Notes under the pieces: generated by a model
What the model was told of the DNA's origin: nothing
Database searches by the model: none
Seen by the model: only the letters and a program-made list of their open reading frames with translations
In this document: piece after piece, positions 46,319-56,428 of the stretch
Layout: every line of letters begins with the position of its first letter
How positions within the stretch are numbered: the stretch's first letter is position 1
Virus record (IMG/VR): IMGVR_UViG_3300031993_000012
Span: 96,001 to 160,000 of that record
Length of the DNA stretch: 64,000 nt
Origin: a virus
Lineage: Duplodnaviria > Caudoviricetes
Direction: 5' to 3' (one strand)
Position numbers and translations under genes: made by a program

Positions 46319-48274
46319 TTATATTTTTACAATTTCTTCGAGTGGTGTTTCACGCGTTTTCCGATTATTCAAAGTTGAACATAATCCTTTCTTAACAGAA
46401 TTGGATATGTCTTGGAATAATAATCCTGATAAAAAGTTTGATGTTTGTACAAGTGAACGGAAATTATCTTTTTTGTACGATAATGGATCTACTTGGGGAT
46501 TTTTACCGTATATCTTTGCGAATGTATCGTTGTCTTCCGTACGGCATGTACGACGTGTCAACATCTCATATATAATAGATGGTGAACTCAAATCAATGTT
46601 ATTCATTGATAAACATGTGAACATCATCTGTACTATGAGCGGATATGGTATTTGTGCAATCTTAGAATACAGGAATATTTGATTGATAAAGTATTCTACA
46701 TTTACAACATTCTGACGAATTGACAAACGCGTTATTGCAGAATTCGGTTCGTATGTAATTATGATATTATCAGGATCTTCTTGTGGCTCAGCATACAAAT
46801 TAAACGACATTAATGCAGGAATTGTCAATAATGTAGATGCTGTTGGTTTATCACTCTTATCATAGAATTGTACGGGTACAATGCCGAGACATGCAATGTA
46901 CGTAGTTTCACGTTCGAATCCTACGAGATCGACGTCATCACCCTCTGATTCATCTTTGATACGTGGAATGAATATTCTCATTTTTTCTTTATTGAATAAA
47001 TATCCATCTTTGATAAATAACTTATCAGCCTGAGATAGTACTGTTTGTTCAACTTTCATTGTACCTGCAGATTGTGCAAGATTATGTTTTGATTTCAGTT
47101 TAAGGTTAAGAATTTTATCGGTGAATTGCGTACATAATAAACCAACATGTGTTATATTTCCAAGATTATAAAATAATGGTCCTGCACATTTCGCACATAT
47201 ACGATCGTGTGTACAACAAACCGGTGAACACAATCTGACCGTTTTACCCATATAAGAATTAATGTTCTTTGGTGTAAGAGTTACTATTTTTGAACCTTCC
47301 ATTATATTACGATTATAAACATATTTCGCTGTAGATTTATCAATCAATAATGGGATCGTGGCTTTGGTTCCACAATCTGATTTTGGATTCGGGTCTAATT
47401 CTTCTGACTGGAGCAATGCCATCATTTGTTTTGACATATATCCAGCATCAGCAGTACCAACTGCAGAAGGATATGCACCAGCAACAACTGAATTGGCAAA
47501 TGCAGGAATATCCTTTCGATCAATGCCATCCATCATTGAAGATTCAACAACATCATATTTTTGCGTAATATCATTGAATACTGCACCACGCATAACATTG
47601 ATTGTTTTGTAATTATTGTCCAAATTATAAACACCGGAATTGAATAAATCATTTGATTCACCAGCGTTTTTCAAATTTGTTTTAACCATTCCAATTAATT
47701 CTTTTTCAATTGAATTGGTTGCAAGAATCTGTTTAACCGGGTCATTTGAATTGACATCATTTGAAAGTTGTTTAAATAATTCCACTTTACGTTTATTTAC
47801 GTTTTCCATTGGCATCAATAATGATGATGAAACCGCAGTTCCGATATAACAACAAATCCATGCTGCTAAATGATCACGGGTATCAATAACATTTGCTTGG
47901 TCTTCAGTTGTAATCTGATCTGCAATAACTAATTGCGCCAGCATGGTTTCAAATGATTCCATTCCTTTATTGCTTAATGGAATATTCCAATATTTTGTTA
48001 CTTGGATTATATGTGTTTTCTCCAATACAACTCGATTGAATAACAACATTCCAAGTGATGTTTCTGTTGGTCCAACAACATACGGATACTCTTCCGGTGT
48101 TAACATTATATGTGCATTACAATCAAAATTCGCATGTTTAAAAGTACCAGTTTCACGATCATGATATGATGCAAACATGTCTTCGATAAATGCTTTGTTG
48201 ATTTGTTCAATTGGGGTTGAAAGAAGTTTTTGTTTACCCAATTTAGTATTCTGGGCATCAGCCATTAGTATCAT
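46319..48274 (-). CDS. phage RNA polymerase beta' subunit, C-terminal fragment
   Basis: bridge-helix-like GTADAGY, DCGT, SPVCC...ICAKCAG zinc site, trigger-loop-like LNLKLKSKH. Confidence 0.85.
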   Translation of the reverse strand: MILMADAQNTKLGKQKLLSTPIEQINKAFIEDMFASYHDRETGTFKHANFDCNAHIMLTPEEYPYVVGPTETSLGMLLFNRVVLEKTHIIQVTKYWNIPLSNKGMESFETMLAQLVIADQITTEDQANVIDTRDHLAAWICCYIGTAVSSSLLMPMENVNKRKVELFKQLSNDVNSNDPVKQILATNSIEKELIGMVKTNLKNAGESNDLFNSGVYNLDNNYKTINVMRGAVFNDITQKYDVVESSMMDGIDRKDIPAFANSVVAGAYPSAVGTADAGYMSKQMMALLQSEELDPNPKSDCGTKATIPLLIDKSTAKYVYNRNIMEGSKIVTLTPKNINSYMGKTVRLCSPVCCTHDRICAKCAGPLFYNLGNITHVGLLCTQFTDKILNLKLKSKHNLAQSAGTMKVEQTVLSQADKLFIKDGYLFNKEKMRIFIPRIKDESEGDDVDLVGFERETTYIACLGIVPVQFYDKSDKPTASTLLTIPALMSFNLYAEPQEDPDNIIITYEPNSAITRLSIRQNVVNVEYFINQIFLYSKIAQIPYPLIVQMMFTCLSMNNIDLSSPSIIYEMLTRRTCRTEDNDTFAKIYGKNPQVDPLSYKKDNFRSLVQTSNFLSGLLFQDISNSVKKGLCSTLNNRKTRETPLEEIVKI

Positions 48275-48292
48275 TCCTTTCTTATATATAAA

Positions 48293-48308
48293 AGATTATC
48301 GATTGGTT
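48293..48308 (-). promoter_or_regulatory. putative late promoter AACC-N6-TAATCT
   Basis: directly upstream of the RNAP subunit RBS. Confidence 0.6.
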
Positions 48309-48366
48309 GATGGTGGGATTACCCACCATCTATAATTTTTGAATTCGATATTTATATTATTTAAAT

Positions 48367-48580
48367 GGAAGAGAACAAAGAAATATTTATCGAAAGGAGC
48401 TGTTTCTCATGGGTGAAATTGTGATATTCCCCGTACCTTCGGGTGAGAGTATCATTTGCGAATAATACAAATGATAATATGAACAGTGGTTGATCCCCAC
48501 GATAAAGAATCGATCGTTCAACGTAATCGCAGTTACGTTGTTCCATTCGCCATAAACCATCGACATCTTTGAACTCTTCC
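48367..48580 (+). ncRNA. fold-back RNA cassette copy 3 (divergent)
   Basis: GGAAGAG-AA-CAAAGA / TCTTTG-AA-CTCTTCC arms; AAATATTT, RBS, mini-ORF, ATAAACCAT near 3' arm. Confidence 0.55.
48409..48465 (+). CDS. 18-aa peptide MGEIVIFPVPSGESIICE
   Basis: GAAAGGAG RBS; same position in the cassette as the other two peptides. Confidence 0.5.
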   Translation: MGEIVIFPVPSGESIICE

Positions 48581-48611
48581 TAATATATTGTAATTCAAAG
48601 GAGGAAAATAA

Positions 48612-49817
48612 ATGGATTACAACAAACTTATTTTACCACTGATGATGATTTTGCGTAAAGCAAAACCTGATGAATCAGTAATTAATTCGTTGATAAAAAG
48701 TCGCGTATGGTATACTGTAGACATCAGCACTATTTATCACAGTATAACCCCTGTGTTTTCGGCGATATCTGATAAAGGTAGTAAATCAATGTATATAGAT
48801 GAAAGCGGTGAAGTATATACACAGTTTCGAACACCATTCGGCGCATCATCAGTCGATCTAATATGGTACAAGAAAGTGCCGCTCTTAATTTTGAAACGAC
48901 ACTTCAAAGATACCCATGCGTCAAATTATGAAATTATGACGCTCAACAATAAGTATTGTCGAGAGATGGTAATCGAATTTGTTAAAAAATGTGTCGCTGC
49001 ACAAAACAAATTTGCAGTAAACACATTCGCCGGTCAAATTGATATTGTCGATTACACCGGACGTAATGGTGAATATTTACATTGCGACAAAAAATCATTT
49101 GATGATGTCTTTCTGCCTGATGAACAACAGAATGCTATCATTAATGGTGTGAACGATTTCATCAATAAAATACCGTGGATGGAAGAAAATCATATTCCGA
49201 CCCATTACGGAATATTATTGTATGGAACACCCGGATGTGGTCGTACATCAATTATTAAAGCCATTATTAATAAATGGAATATTCGTCCACATTACATTCA
49301 GCAATTAGAGTGTTTGCCGCAATTGGTAATGTCACAGTTACCCACACGGAAAACACCAACAAATGAACTCCATATGGTTATATGTGAGGATATTGATTGC
49401 ACACTGTTTAATCGTCAGAAAGGTTTCAAAGAAACTAAATACGATGAAGAGTATGACGAATTTGAATGCAACGGAGCATTCTTTAATCCGAATCTGCGTA
49501 GGGGTAAAACATCTTTGTCACAGGTATTAAATGCAATTGATGGAATGGTGGCACCACATAATACATTATTTGTGTTTACGACCAATCACATCGAAGAATT
49601 AGATCCAGCTCTGATTAGACCGGGTAGAATGGATTTGCATTTGGAGATAAAACCAATATGCAAAGAAACGTTAAATAAATTCTGTCTTAAATTCTTTGGT
49701 AAATCAATACCGGAAGATTTTAAATGTAAAGAAGGAGTGTTATTCTCCACATTGCAAACGATCATAATGGGTAATGGTACCTATGATGATATATTAAACT
49801 ATATGAAAGAGGAGTAA
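48612..49817 (+). CDS. BCS1-like AAA+ ATPase
   Basis: GILLYGTPGCGRT, EDID, LNAIDG, TTNH, LDPALIRPGRMD. Confidence 0.85.
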   Translation: MDYNKLILPLMMILRKAKPDESVINSLIKSRVWYTVDISTIYHSITPVFSAISDKGSKSMYIDESGEVYTQFRTPFGASSVDLIWYKKVPLLILKRHFKDTHASNYEIMTLNNKYCREMVIEFVKKCVAAQNKFAVNTFAGQIDIVDYTGRNGEYLHCDKKSFDDVFLPDEQQNAIINGVNDFINKIPWMEENHIPTHYGILLYGTPGCGRTSIIKAIINKWNIRPHYIQQLECLPQLVMSQLPTRKTPTNELHMVICEDIDCTLFNRQKGFKETKYDEEYDEFECNGAFFNPNLRRGKTSLSQVLNAIDGMVAPHNTLFVFTTNHIEELDPALIRPGRMDLHLEIKPICKETLNKFCLKFFGKSIPEDFKCKEGVLFSTLQTIIMGNGTYDDILNYMKEE

Positions 49818-49822
49818 TTAAA

Positions 49823-50035
49823 ATGAAGAACAACAAACTCACAAAAGGATTAATCATCGTATCAACAATTGGTGCAATTGCATCAATCGCTCGTTTGGTA
49901 CTGATGCTGATTGACAGAAAGTCACAGCACACCGATGAAGTGTTATACTTCGATGGTTGTGATGAGGATTGTGATATTCCGACATATCCTGATTTCTATG
50001 ACCAGGCTGAAGAGGAGGATACTGATAATGAGTAA
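49823..50035 (+). CDS. small membrane protein with acidic tail
   Basis: GAGGAG RBS; N-terminal hydrophobic helix. Confidence 0.65.
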   Translation: MKNNKLTKGLIIVSTIGAIASIARLVLMLIDRKSQHTDEVLYFDGCDEDCDIPTYPDFYDQAEEEDTDNE

Positions 50036-50639
50036 AGAATTAGTAGATGATTTCATCAACAATACAGGAACAAAAGAAATCCCGGAAGATGAATTAGTAG
50101 CAATACATTCAATACCAATGTTTCTGCCGTTATACACAGAACCGGTTGGTATTCCTGTTCAGCCAATTATTGATATGACACCGGAAGAACGTATGCGCAC
50201 TTTTAAAGAGTTCATAAAAGATATTCGTTCGGTATGTTCGATGTTCAAGGATATCGCGCATCTCGATAAACTTAACAATCCGGATGAAATCTACGAGGAA
50301 ATCAAAGATACCGTTTGGCCATTCGCGGCTTCAATCGGTATAAAATTCAATCTGGCAGTTTCCGATAAATGGTTGGAGATAAGCTGTATACTTGTACAGG
50401 TTTACGGTTATCTTACCGAAATAACCAGATGGATGGCAGCGGAATACTCCATTACGTATGATCCCGATGATGACCAAGTTGTACAAGCGGCAGTATCGGA
50501 CGATGTTGATGAACAGCCTGGAGAATCTGATGAACTTGAGGATTCTAGATTCATGGATATGCTCGCAGCAGAGATGATGGGTGCAACCCAGGGTAACCCA
50601 TTCTCTGATAAAGAATTATTCGGTGAAGACAAAAAATAA
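50028..50639 (+). CDS. hypothetical acidic protein
   Basis: GAGGAGG RBS. Confidence 0.7.
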   Translation: MSKELVDDFINNTGTKEIPEDELVAIHSIPMFLPLYTEPVGIPVQPIIDMTPEERMRTFKEFIKDIRSVCSMFKDIAHLDKLNNPDEIYEEIKDTVWPFAASIGIKFNLAVSDKWLEISCILVQVYGYLTEITRWMAAEYSITYDPDDDQVVQAAVSDDVDEQPGESDELEDSRFMDMLAAEMMGATQGNPFSDKELFGEDKK

Positions 50640-50685
50640 TTAATATTATGGCGGGGTCTATACTCCGCCATTTTATACGAAAGGA

Positions 50686-51423
50686 ATGAATACAATGAAA
50701 GTATCATTAATCACAAACACACCACATCCTGAAGAAGTTATAACCATGGCAGCAAAGATGTGCTATTCAAACAAAACTATTGCTGAAATGACGCTTGAAG
50801 AACATGAAGGTTTCATCAAGCGTCTTATGGAACTCGGACATGAGTCTCCTATCGAACACGTATCTTTTACCTTTGGAATTGAGGGTATCTCGAGATCTAC
50901 GAGCTTACAGCTCGTCCGTCATAGAATAGCGTCATATAGTCAGAAGAGTCAGCGTTATGTCAAAGAGGATCAGTTCGACTACGTGGTTCCACCTACAATC
51001 GAAGGTCTTGGTGCTGAAGACAGATTCAGAAAACTGATGGGATATATTCAGTCTGAATACAATTCCATTAGAAACGACATCATTGCTGAACTTGAAGCAC
51101 ACGGTGCTGATAAGAAATCTGCTGAAAAGATAGCGAACGAAGATGCCCGTTACGTACTTCCGAATGCATGTCAGACTTCATTAGTATGTACCATGAATGC
51201 TCGTTCGTTGTTTAACTTCTTCAAACTGAGATGCTGCAATAGAGCACAGTGGGAGATTAGAGAAGTTGCAAATGAGATGTACAGAATCTGCTACCTTGTA
51301 GCACCGACGTTATTTATGTATGCTGGACCGAGCTGTGTTGTGAATGGCAAGTGTTCAGAAGGTAAGATGTCATGTGGACAGTTAGCTCAGAAGAAACGTG
51401 AGTTTGAAGAATTAAGAAATTAA
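50686..51423 (+). CDS. thyX: flavin-dependent thymidylate synthase
   Basis: GHESPIEH, RHRIASYSQKSQRY, EDARYVLP, AQWEIR. Confidence 0.95.
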   Translation: MNTMKVSLITNTPHPEEVITMAAKMCYSNKTIAEMTLEEHEGFIKRLMELGHESPIEHVSFTFGIEGISRSTSLQLVRHRIASYSQKSQRYVKEDQFDYVVPPTIEGLGAEDRFRKLMGYIQSEYNSIRNDIIAELEAHGADKKSAEKIANEDARYVLPNACQTSLVCTMNARSLFNFFKLRCCNRAQWEIREVANEMYRICYLVAPTLFMYAGPSCVVNGKCSEGKMSCGQLAQKKREFEELRN

Positions 51424-51498
51424 AATAAAACCCGGAGCAATGACATTTTCGAATTGTGCGAGAGACTTCAAAAATTAACAAACGGAAGGGGAGATTAT

Positions 51499-51882
51499 AT
51501 GAACGGAAACGGTTTTTCAATGAAAATGATGGATTTGTGTATTATGAATATCTTAAAGGATTCCGTAAGATATCCATATAACATGGAAAATACATTATTA
51601 AATTCTGTAATATGGCAACAATCGTTATGCATACCTATAATACATGATGCAATGTTGATATTAAACGATCGCAGTAAATATTATAAAATGTGGTATAATA
51701 CATACTACATTAACACGATGCTTGAACGTAAAGCTTGGAATGAACGAGAACGTATTCTTAGTAACGCCCGTGAATATATCTATAATCGCAAAAATGAAAC
51801 ACCAATAAATTACTATAATTTTGATATGGAACGTTTTGTGTATATGTTAATATCAAGCAAGCGTTTGTATCATCGTAGATGA
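51499..51882 (+). CDS. hypothetical protein
   Basis: GGGGAG RBS. Confidence 0.6.
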   Translation: MNGNGFSMKMMDLCIMNILKDSVRYPYNMENTLLNSVIWQQSLCIPIIHDAMLILNDRSKYYKMWYNTYYINTMLERKAWNERERILSNAREYIYNRKNETPINYYNFDMERFVYMLISSKRLYHRR

Positions 51883-51942
51883 AATATTGGGAGCCATTAC
51901 GGCTCCCAAGAATTTCATTATTCGATATTTATATTATTCAAT

Positions 51943-52015
51943 AGAATGATAACAAACGGGAAATAATTTCGAGAGGGGTGAAAATTATTATTCAGCTCCC
52001 GAATGTCATCATTCT
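51943..52015 (+). ncRNA. short fold-back leader with AA/AA internal loop
   Basis: AGAATGAT-A-ACA-AA-CGGGA / TCCCG-AA-TGT-C-ATCATTCT right after an early promoter. Confidence 0.45.
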
Positions 52016-52053
52016 TATATTAAATGGTTATTAAACCAGAAAGGAAAATCAAT

Positions 52054-52890
52054 ATGTATAATGAAAATTACAGTCGCTTAGACGCTTTGGAGGCCCAGAA
52101 CATTGCTCTCCGTAAACAGCTCGGAGAATTCGGATTCTTCGGACCGAACTATTTACCTCCAAGATTAACAGATATCCGTGAGGATATTGAGAATAAACTC
52201 ACAGTACGTGAATGGAAGCTCATAAACAATATGAGCATTTCGTACACACCTGATCAGATTAAAGAATGCGTAAGTATTCTGAATCGTCTGGTATCCGAAG
52301 GAGTGTTCGACACAACGGCACCGTATTATACTTCGTATTATAATTTCGGTAATCCCACACCATATCCACCAATGGGTGCTGGAGTGGTTGCAGATCCAGC
52401 AATCACAAAGGAACTCACACCTCAGCCTGAAGATACTAAGAATATGATCATAATGTCTGGTATGACGGAGCGCATAAGCGTACCTACTTATTCGGGTGTC
52501 GGATTCACCGACCATGGAACTCGTATCGAGATTGAGACTGATAAAGTTGGAGTCAATAGTTTAAGTTACATAAAGCTTAGACTCACTGAATCGATTAAGG
52601 ACAAAAACGTTGTTACGATCAATATTCCTGAAAAGTGTATCGAAGATGCACATAACACATTTAAGGGCCATTATGATTACATTGAATCAAATGTGCTTAT
52701 AACGTGCCCAACAACAATCACACTCATTAGTTCAGATATAAAATATGTTGATAATATTATCAACTGCACAATGAAATTATTTGCTAAGATATACGATAAG
52801 GATATTGCAGAAGTAAATAATGAAAATCCCGGACTCATCACAGCAGTAGAAGACGATGAGGAGGTTGTAACAAATAATGAATCTGATTGA
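52054..52890 (+). CDS. hypothetical protein
   Basis: GAAAGGA RBS. Confidence 0.7.
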   Translation: MYNENYSRLDALEAQNIALRKQLGEFGFFGPNYLPPRLTDIREDIENKLTVREWKLINNMSISYTPDQIKECVSILNRLVSEGVFDTTAPYYTSYYNFGNPTPYPPMGAGVVADPAITKELTPQPEDTKNMIIMSGMTERISVPTYSGVGFTDHGTRIEIETDKVGVNSLSYIKLRLTESIKDKNVVTINIPEKCIEDAHNTFKGHYDYIESNVLITCPTTITLISSDIKYVDNIINCTMKLFAKIYDKDIAEVNNENPGLITAVEDDEEVVTNNESD

Positions 52891-53173
52891 TGAATTACGT
52901 CGATTGGAGAAATTATTTGGTATTAACATCCATGACGTTTGCAGTGTTGCTGTATTCGATATGGATGAACCACATATTCAGGGGTGGCGTATTGCTACCC
53001 CTGATACAATGGTAATTGACATCGGCAAAACATACATATTTAAAAATGAAAAATATAATTACAGTTACATGATTAAATCATTAACTGATAGAGGATTCAA
53101 TGCAAATACCATCAGTAAAATGTTGGATATTGGTGTTGAACAAATAAAATTAATCGGAGGTATAGTAGCATGA
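52877..53173 (+). CDS. hypothetical protein, possible C-terminal HTH
   Basis: GAGGAGG RBS; GFNANTISKMLDIG. Confidence 0.6.
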   Translation: MNLIDELRRLEKLFGINIHDVCSVAVFDMDEPHIQGWRIATPDTMVIDIGKTYIFKNEKYNYSYMIKSLTDRGFNANTISKMLDIGVEQIKLIGGIVA

Positions 53174-53832
53174 TAGATGAGAATTATATAAAAATGGATG
53201 GAGAACCCGACAGCTTTGAAGGAGGCGCAATCAGATACTCGAAAAAAGGAAAAGGTCGTTATGATCTAATCCCGAACGATGTTGTATATTTCATATTAGG
53301 ATTTGCTGGTTTGTTGTTCAAAGAGAAGCCGGACACGATATTTTTGTTATCGGATGTATTGAAAGACGCGTATATAGACGACCGTCAAAGATACATAAAA
53401 GCCATAATTGATTTTGTGGCTTTAGAGTATGTTTATCATACCGATGAAGATGACAAGTACAATTTGGTCGCTGTTAATTATAATGATTGGTTGATCGGTT
53501 TTGTTAAAGCATTGCGCGATTTAGCCATACATTATGAGTACGGTGCAGAAAAATACGGTGTGGACAATTGGAAGCAGGGTATTCCAATTACCGGTGGTGA
53601 ACGTGGTGGTTCGTTTACTGATTCCGGACTTCGACATCTCACCCAGTGGTTTCTCGGTGAGACAGATGAAAAACATGGAGTTGCATTCATGTGGAACTTC
53701 ATGAATGCTGCACATTTACAGTTGCAACAAACATCAACAAGAGTCGAACAGATTCTCGAAGAACGTTATCAGAAAAATAAAAAGATAGCGAACGAAGATA
53801 TTCATGATTTCGATGATAATATAACCGATTAA
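53170..53832 (+). CDS. dNTP diphosphohydrolase-like protein (dATP/dGTP diphosphohydrolase, DUF5664-like)
   Basis: GAIR...GKGRYDLIP, YEYGAEKYGVDNWKQGIP, DSGLRHL, DEKH...WN. Confidence 0.75.
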   Translation: MIDENYIKMDGEPDSFEGGAIRYSKKGKGRYDLIPNDVVYFILGFAGLLFKEKPDTIFLLSDVLKDAYIDDRQRYIKAIIDFVALEYVYHTDEDDKYNLVAVNYNDWLIGFVKALRDLAIHYEYGAEKYGVDNWKQGIPITGGERGGSFTDSGLRHLTQWFLGETDEKHGVAFMWNFMNAAHLQLQQTSTRVEQILEERYQKNKKIANEDIHDFDDNITD

Positions 53833-53869
53833 TTTAAATGTACCCGGGCATTACGCCTGGGTTTCTTTT

Positions 53870-54451
53870 TTATTCTCCATCTGTTGGTTCAAATAATTTT
53901 ACGTCATATTCTTTGTCGTTGATTACGATACGACCGTAACCAATTGCTGCAGATGAATCACTTTCGGGATCATCTGGTTCGGGTGTTGATGGTGTTTCAG
54001 GTTCTGGTGGATTGGTTGGTTTATTACCGGGACGGTATCCATCATCATATACTCCAAGTTCATTTGGAATACCACTGATTTCACATACATTGAGGAAACA
54101 TCCTGCAGAGAAGTTTGGTCTGATACAGTAGTGACAATGTGAACCAAAGCTGTATCCAGTATCACCTTCGATACCAATTACATCTGTACAGTTTACTTGT
54201 GCACCAGTGTATGTTTTGATTTCTGACAGATGTCCATAATAATAGTAACGATTATCAGTACCAAGGATACATACGAATTGACCAAAACCTTGTCTGTGAT
54301 TGGAATCATTCTCCCATCCAGCATAGATAACTCGACCGCTGATAGTAGCATGAATCTCTTTAGAATCAATACCAACCAGATCGAGTCCATCATGGGCAGA
54401 ACCTTTGAATTGTTGAGTAACACGGAATTGACCGCAATACGGTGAGTTCAT
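53870..54451 (-). CDS. M23 peptidase (probable endolysin)
   Basis: HDGLD, YGHLS, GDTG.S.GSHCHY; Pro-rich linker. Confidence 0.85.
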   Translation of the reverse strand: MNSPYCGQFRVTQQFKGSAHDGLDLVGIDSKEIHATISGRVIYAGWENDSNHRQGFGQFVCILGTDNRYYYYGHLSEIKTYTGAQVNCTDVIGIEGDTGYSFGSHCHYCIRPNFSAGCFLNVCEISGIPNELGVYDDGYRPGNKPTNPPEPETPSTPEPDDPESDSSAAIGYGRIVINDKEYDVKLFEPTDGE

Positions 54452-54588
54452 ATACTCACATCCTTTCGTTATTTTTATCGATGAGTTGAAACCTAATGTA
54501 TACTAGAATTTGGCAATTCTACATATATATTATTCTTATGGACAGATGCGAGAGTATTTGTTACATTATAATTGAAAGGAATTCATAT

Positions 54589-55290
54589 ATGGATATTTGT
54601 TCAATGATCAAAGAAACAAAATTGAATGGTGGTGATATATGGATAACTTCAGATCTACACATGCTAAAACGTGGAAAGGATACTCCGAGAATAGTATCAA
54701 ATGATGAAGTTATCAAGAATATTACCAAAGCAGCCAGTACTATGATTACTGAAAATGATATGCTGATCTTTTTAGGAGATTTATTAGATGATACAATCCC
54801 GAGAACGATAGCAGTATGTGAATTTAGTGAATTCACAAAAATGATTAAATGCAAACGTAAGGTGTGGATAAGAGGTAACAATGACATGTTATCTGATAAA
54901 TTGTTGAAGAACAATGGATGGGATGTATGTTATTCAGCAGTCGGAAAATATAATAAACATGTCATTGTATTCTCTCATACATCATTGGAAATGGTCGGTC
55001 GCCCATGTATAAATATTCATGGACATATGCATCGAAACGATAACAATACAATGTATTATTATCATGATCCAATACGGTGTATAAATGTGGCGCCGATTAC
55101 ATGTAAAGGTTATTTTATTAATATAGACGTGATCGATCACATGATCGACGAGAAAGTATGGACGAACAATGTATCAGCATGGTCGGGTGAAGAGAAACCC
55201 GGCATGAGTAAATTTATCTATGAACAAGCAATGGATGAATTCAACGATGACGTGCTTCATGTTGTATTTGGAGGAGGTGAAAAAGAATGA
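54589..55290 (+). CDS. calcineurin-like metallophosphoesterase
   Basis: SDLH, LGD, GNND, SH, HGHMH. Confidence 0.85.
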   Translation: MDICSMIKETKLNGGDIWITSDLHMLKRGKDTPRIVSNDEVIKNITKAASTMITENDMLIFLGDLLDDTIPRTIAVCEFSEFTKMIKCKRKVWIRGNNDMLSDKLLKNNGWDVCYSAVGKYNKHVIVFSHTSLEMVGRPCINIHGHMHRNDNNTMYYYHDPIRCINVAPITCKGYFINIDVIDHMIDEKVWTNNVSAWSGEEKPGMSKFIYEQAMDEFNDDVLHVVFGGGEKE

Positions 55291-55457
55291 TTGATATAAT
55301 ATCAAGAGTTGTTGCAGGAATAATCGCAATTGTGTTTGCAGTATTAACAATATTAGCCGAACAGAAAGTGGAACGTACCAGAAGTGCACGTTCTACAGCA
55401 TCGATGCTTATATCATTATGCGTATATTGTGCATCAATGATTGCAGTATTAGAGTGA
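55287..55457 (+). CDS. 56-aa two-helix membrane protein
   Basis: GGAGGTG RBS; ATGA overlap; MIDIISRVVAGIIAIVFAVLTIL; not in ORF track. Confidence 0.6.
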   Translation: MIDIISRVVAGIIAIVFAVLTILAEQKVERTRSARSTASMLISLCVYCASMIAVLE

Positions 55458-55461
55458 GGAG

Positions 55462-55833
55462 TTGATTAAGATGAACGGATATACTCGAGCATTTTTACAG
55501 ACTATGGTGACAAGCTGGTACAGACCATCACTGAAAGACGACAACGAACGTGGTGCACACTGGTATATGACCGCATTAAGATTGTCGAAGATGATGAATT
55601 CGGTATTAGTACCGGATGATGTTGAAAGAGATGTCGTTGAAAAATTCATTAAAGATGGCCATTCTGTTATGATGAACGACGGAATGACCGCATTAGGTGA
55701 ATGGATAGAAAGTGAGTCAATTAATTTGGGAATTTTCCCAGATGTAGACACGATGAAAGAATTGTGTCGCCAAGCGTACATATATTCCGGAGCAATAATG
55801 GCTCAGATCGATCCTTTAATAATAGAGGAATAA
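55462..55833 (+). CDS. hypothetical protein
   Basis: operon ORF with GAGGAG RBS. Confidence 0.65.
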   Translation: MIKMNGYTRAFLQTMVTSWYRPSLKDDNERGAHWYMTALRLSKMMNSVLVPDDVERDVVEKFIKDGHSVMMNDGMTALGEWIESESINLGIFPDVDTMKELCRQAYIYSGAIMAQIDPLIIEE

Positions 55834-55893
55834 TAATTTATTTAGAACCCCGATTAACACCCGGGGTTCTCTTTTTGTAAAGAAGGTGATATA

Positions 55894-56427
55894 ATGTTAA
55901 CAGAATCATTGAACGTAGATTCATTCAGAATAAAATGTAAGTTCCCCAAATCAATAATGATGAATTTATTCATTCCTACATTCAGTAAGTTTGATCATAT
56001 TTGGCATATCAAATACAATGATGAACCATTGACGATTATTGATGAATCGTATGATGGTGAACATATGTATCTGTATTATTATACTGAATCAGGTGAACGT
56101 TTTGATATCGTAGATGGTGACATTATTCGTTTGGATCTTGAGATATGGAATGCACGTGGAGCCAGAAGGTTCATGGGTAAAACGAATCTCAATGCAGATG
56201 AGATAGTTTATGTATGTGAAACATGGAAGGTTGTAGAACAATCCAATGGTCACAATAAATTTGAGATGATCGAAACAGATGATGTCATTATAACTGAATT
56301 GCTTAAACCACGATGGGATATGAACATGTTCCAGAAGAAGATCAAGATGGAATCAGAACCCTCGGTTATCGATGTTGACTTTGTTGAAGTTAACGAGAAT
56401 CAAATTGAAATGAAAGGAGACAATTAA
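55894..56427 (+). CDS. hypothetical protein
   Basis: AAGGTGA RBS. Confidence 0.65.
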   Translation: MLTESLNVDSFRIKCKFPKSIMMNLFIPTFSKFDHIWHIKYNDEPLTIIDESYDGEHMYLYYYTESGERFDIVDGDIIRLDLEIWNARGARRFMGKTNLNADEIVYVCETWKVVEQSNGHNKFEMIETDDVIITELLKPRWDMNMFQKKIKMESEPSVIDVDFVEVNENQIEMKGDN

Positions 56428-56428
56428 T

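Noticed and set aside
53170-53832. Evidence for a 2-aminoadenine or uracil genome
   Set aside because: No PurZ-like gene in the window, and ThyX argues for thymine DNA; one diphosphohydrolase-like gene is insufficient
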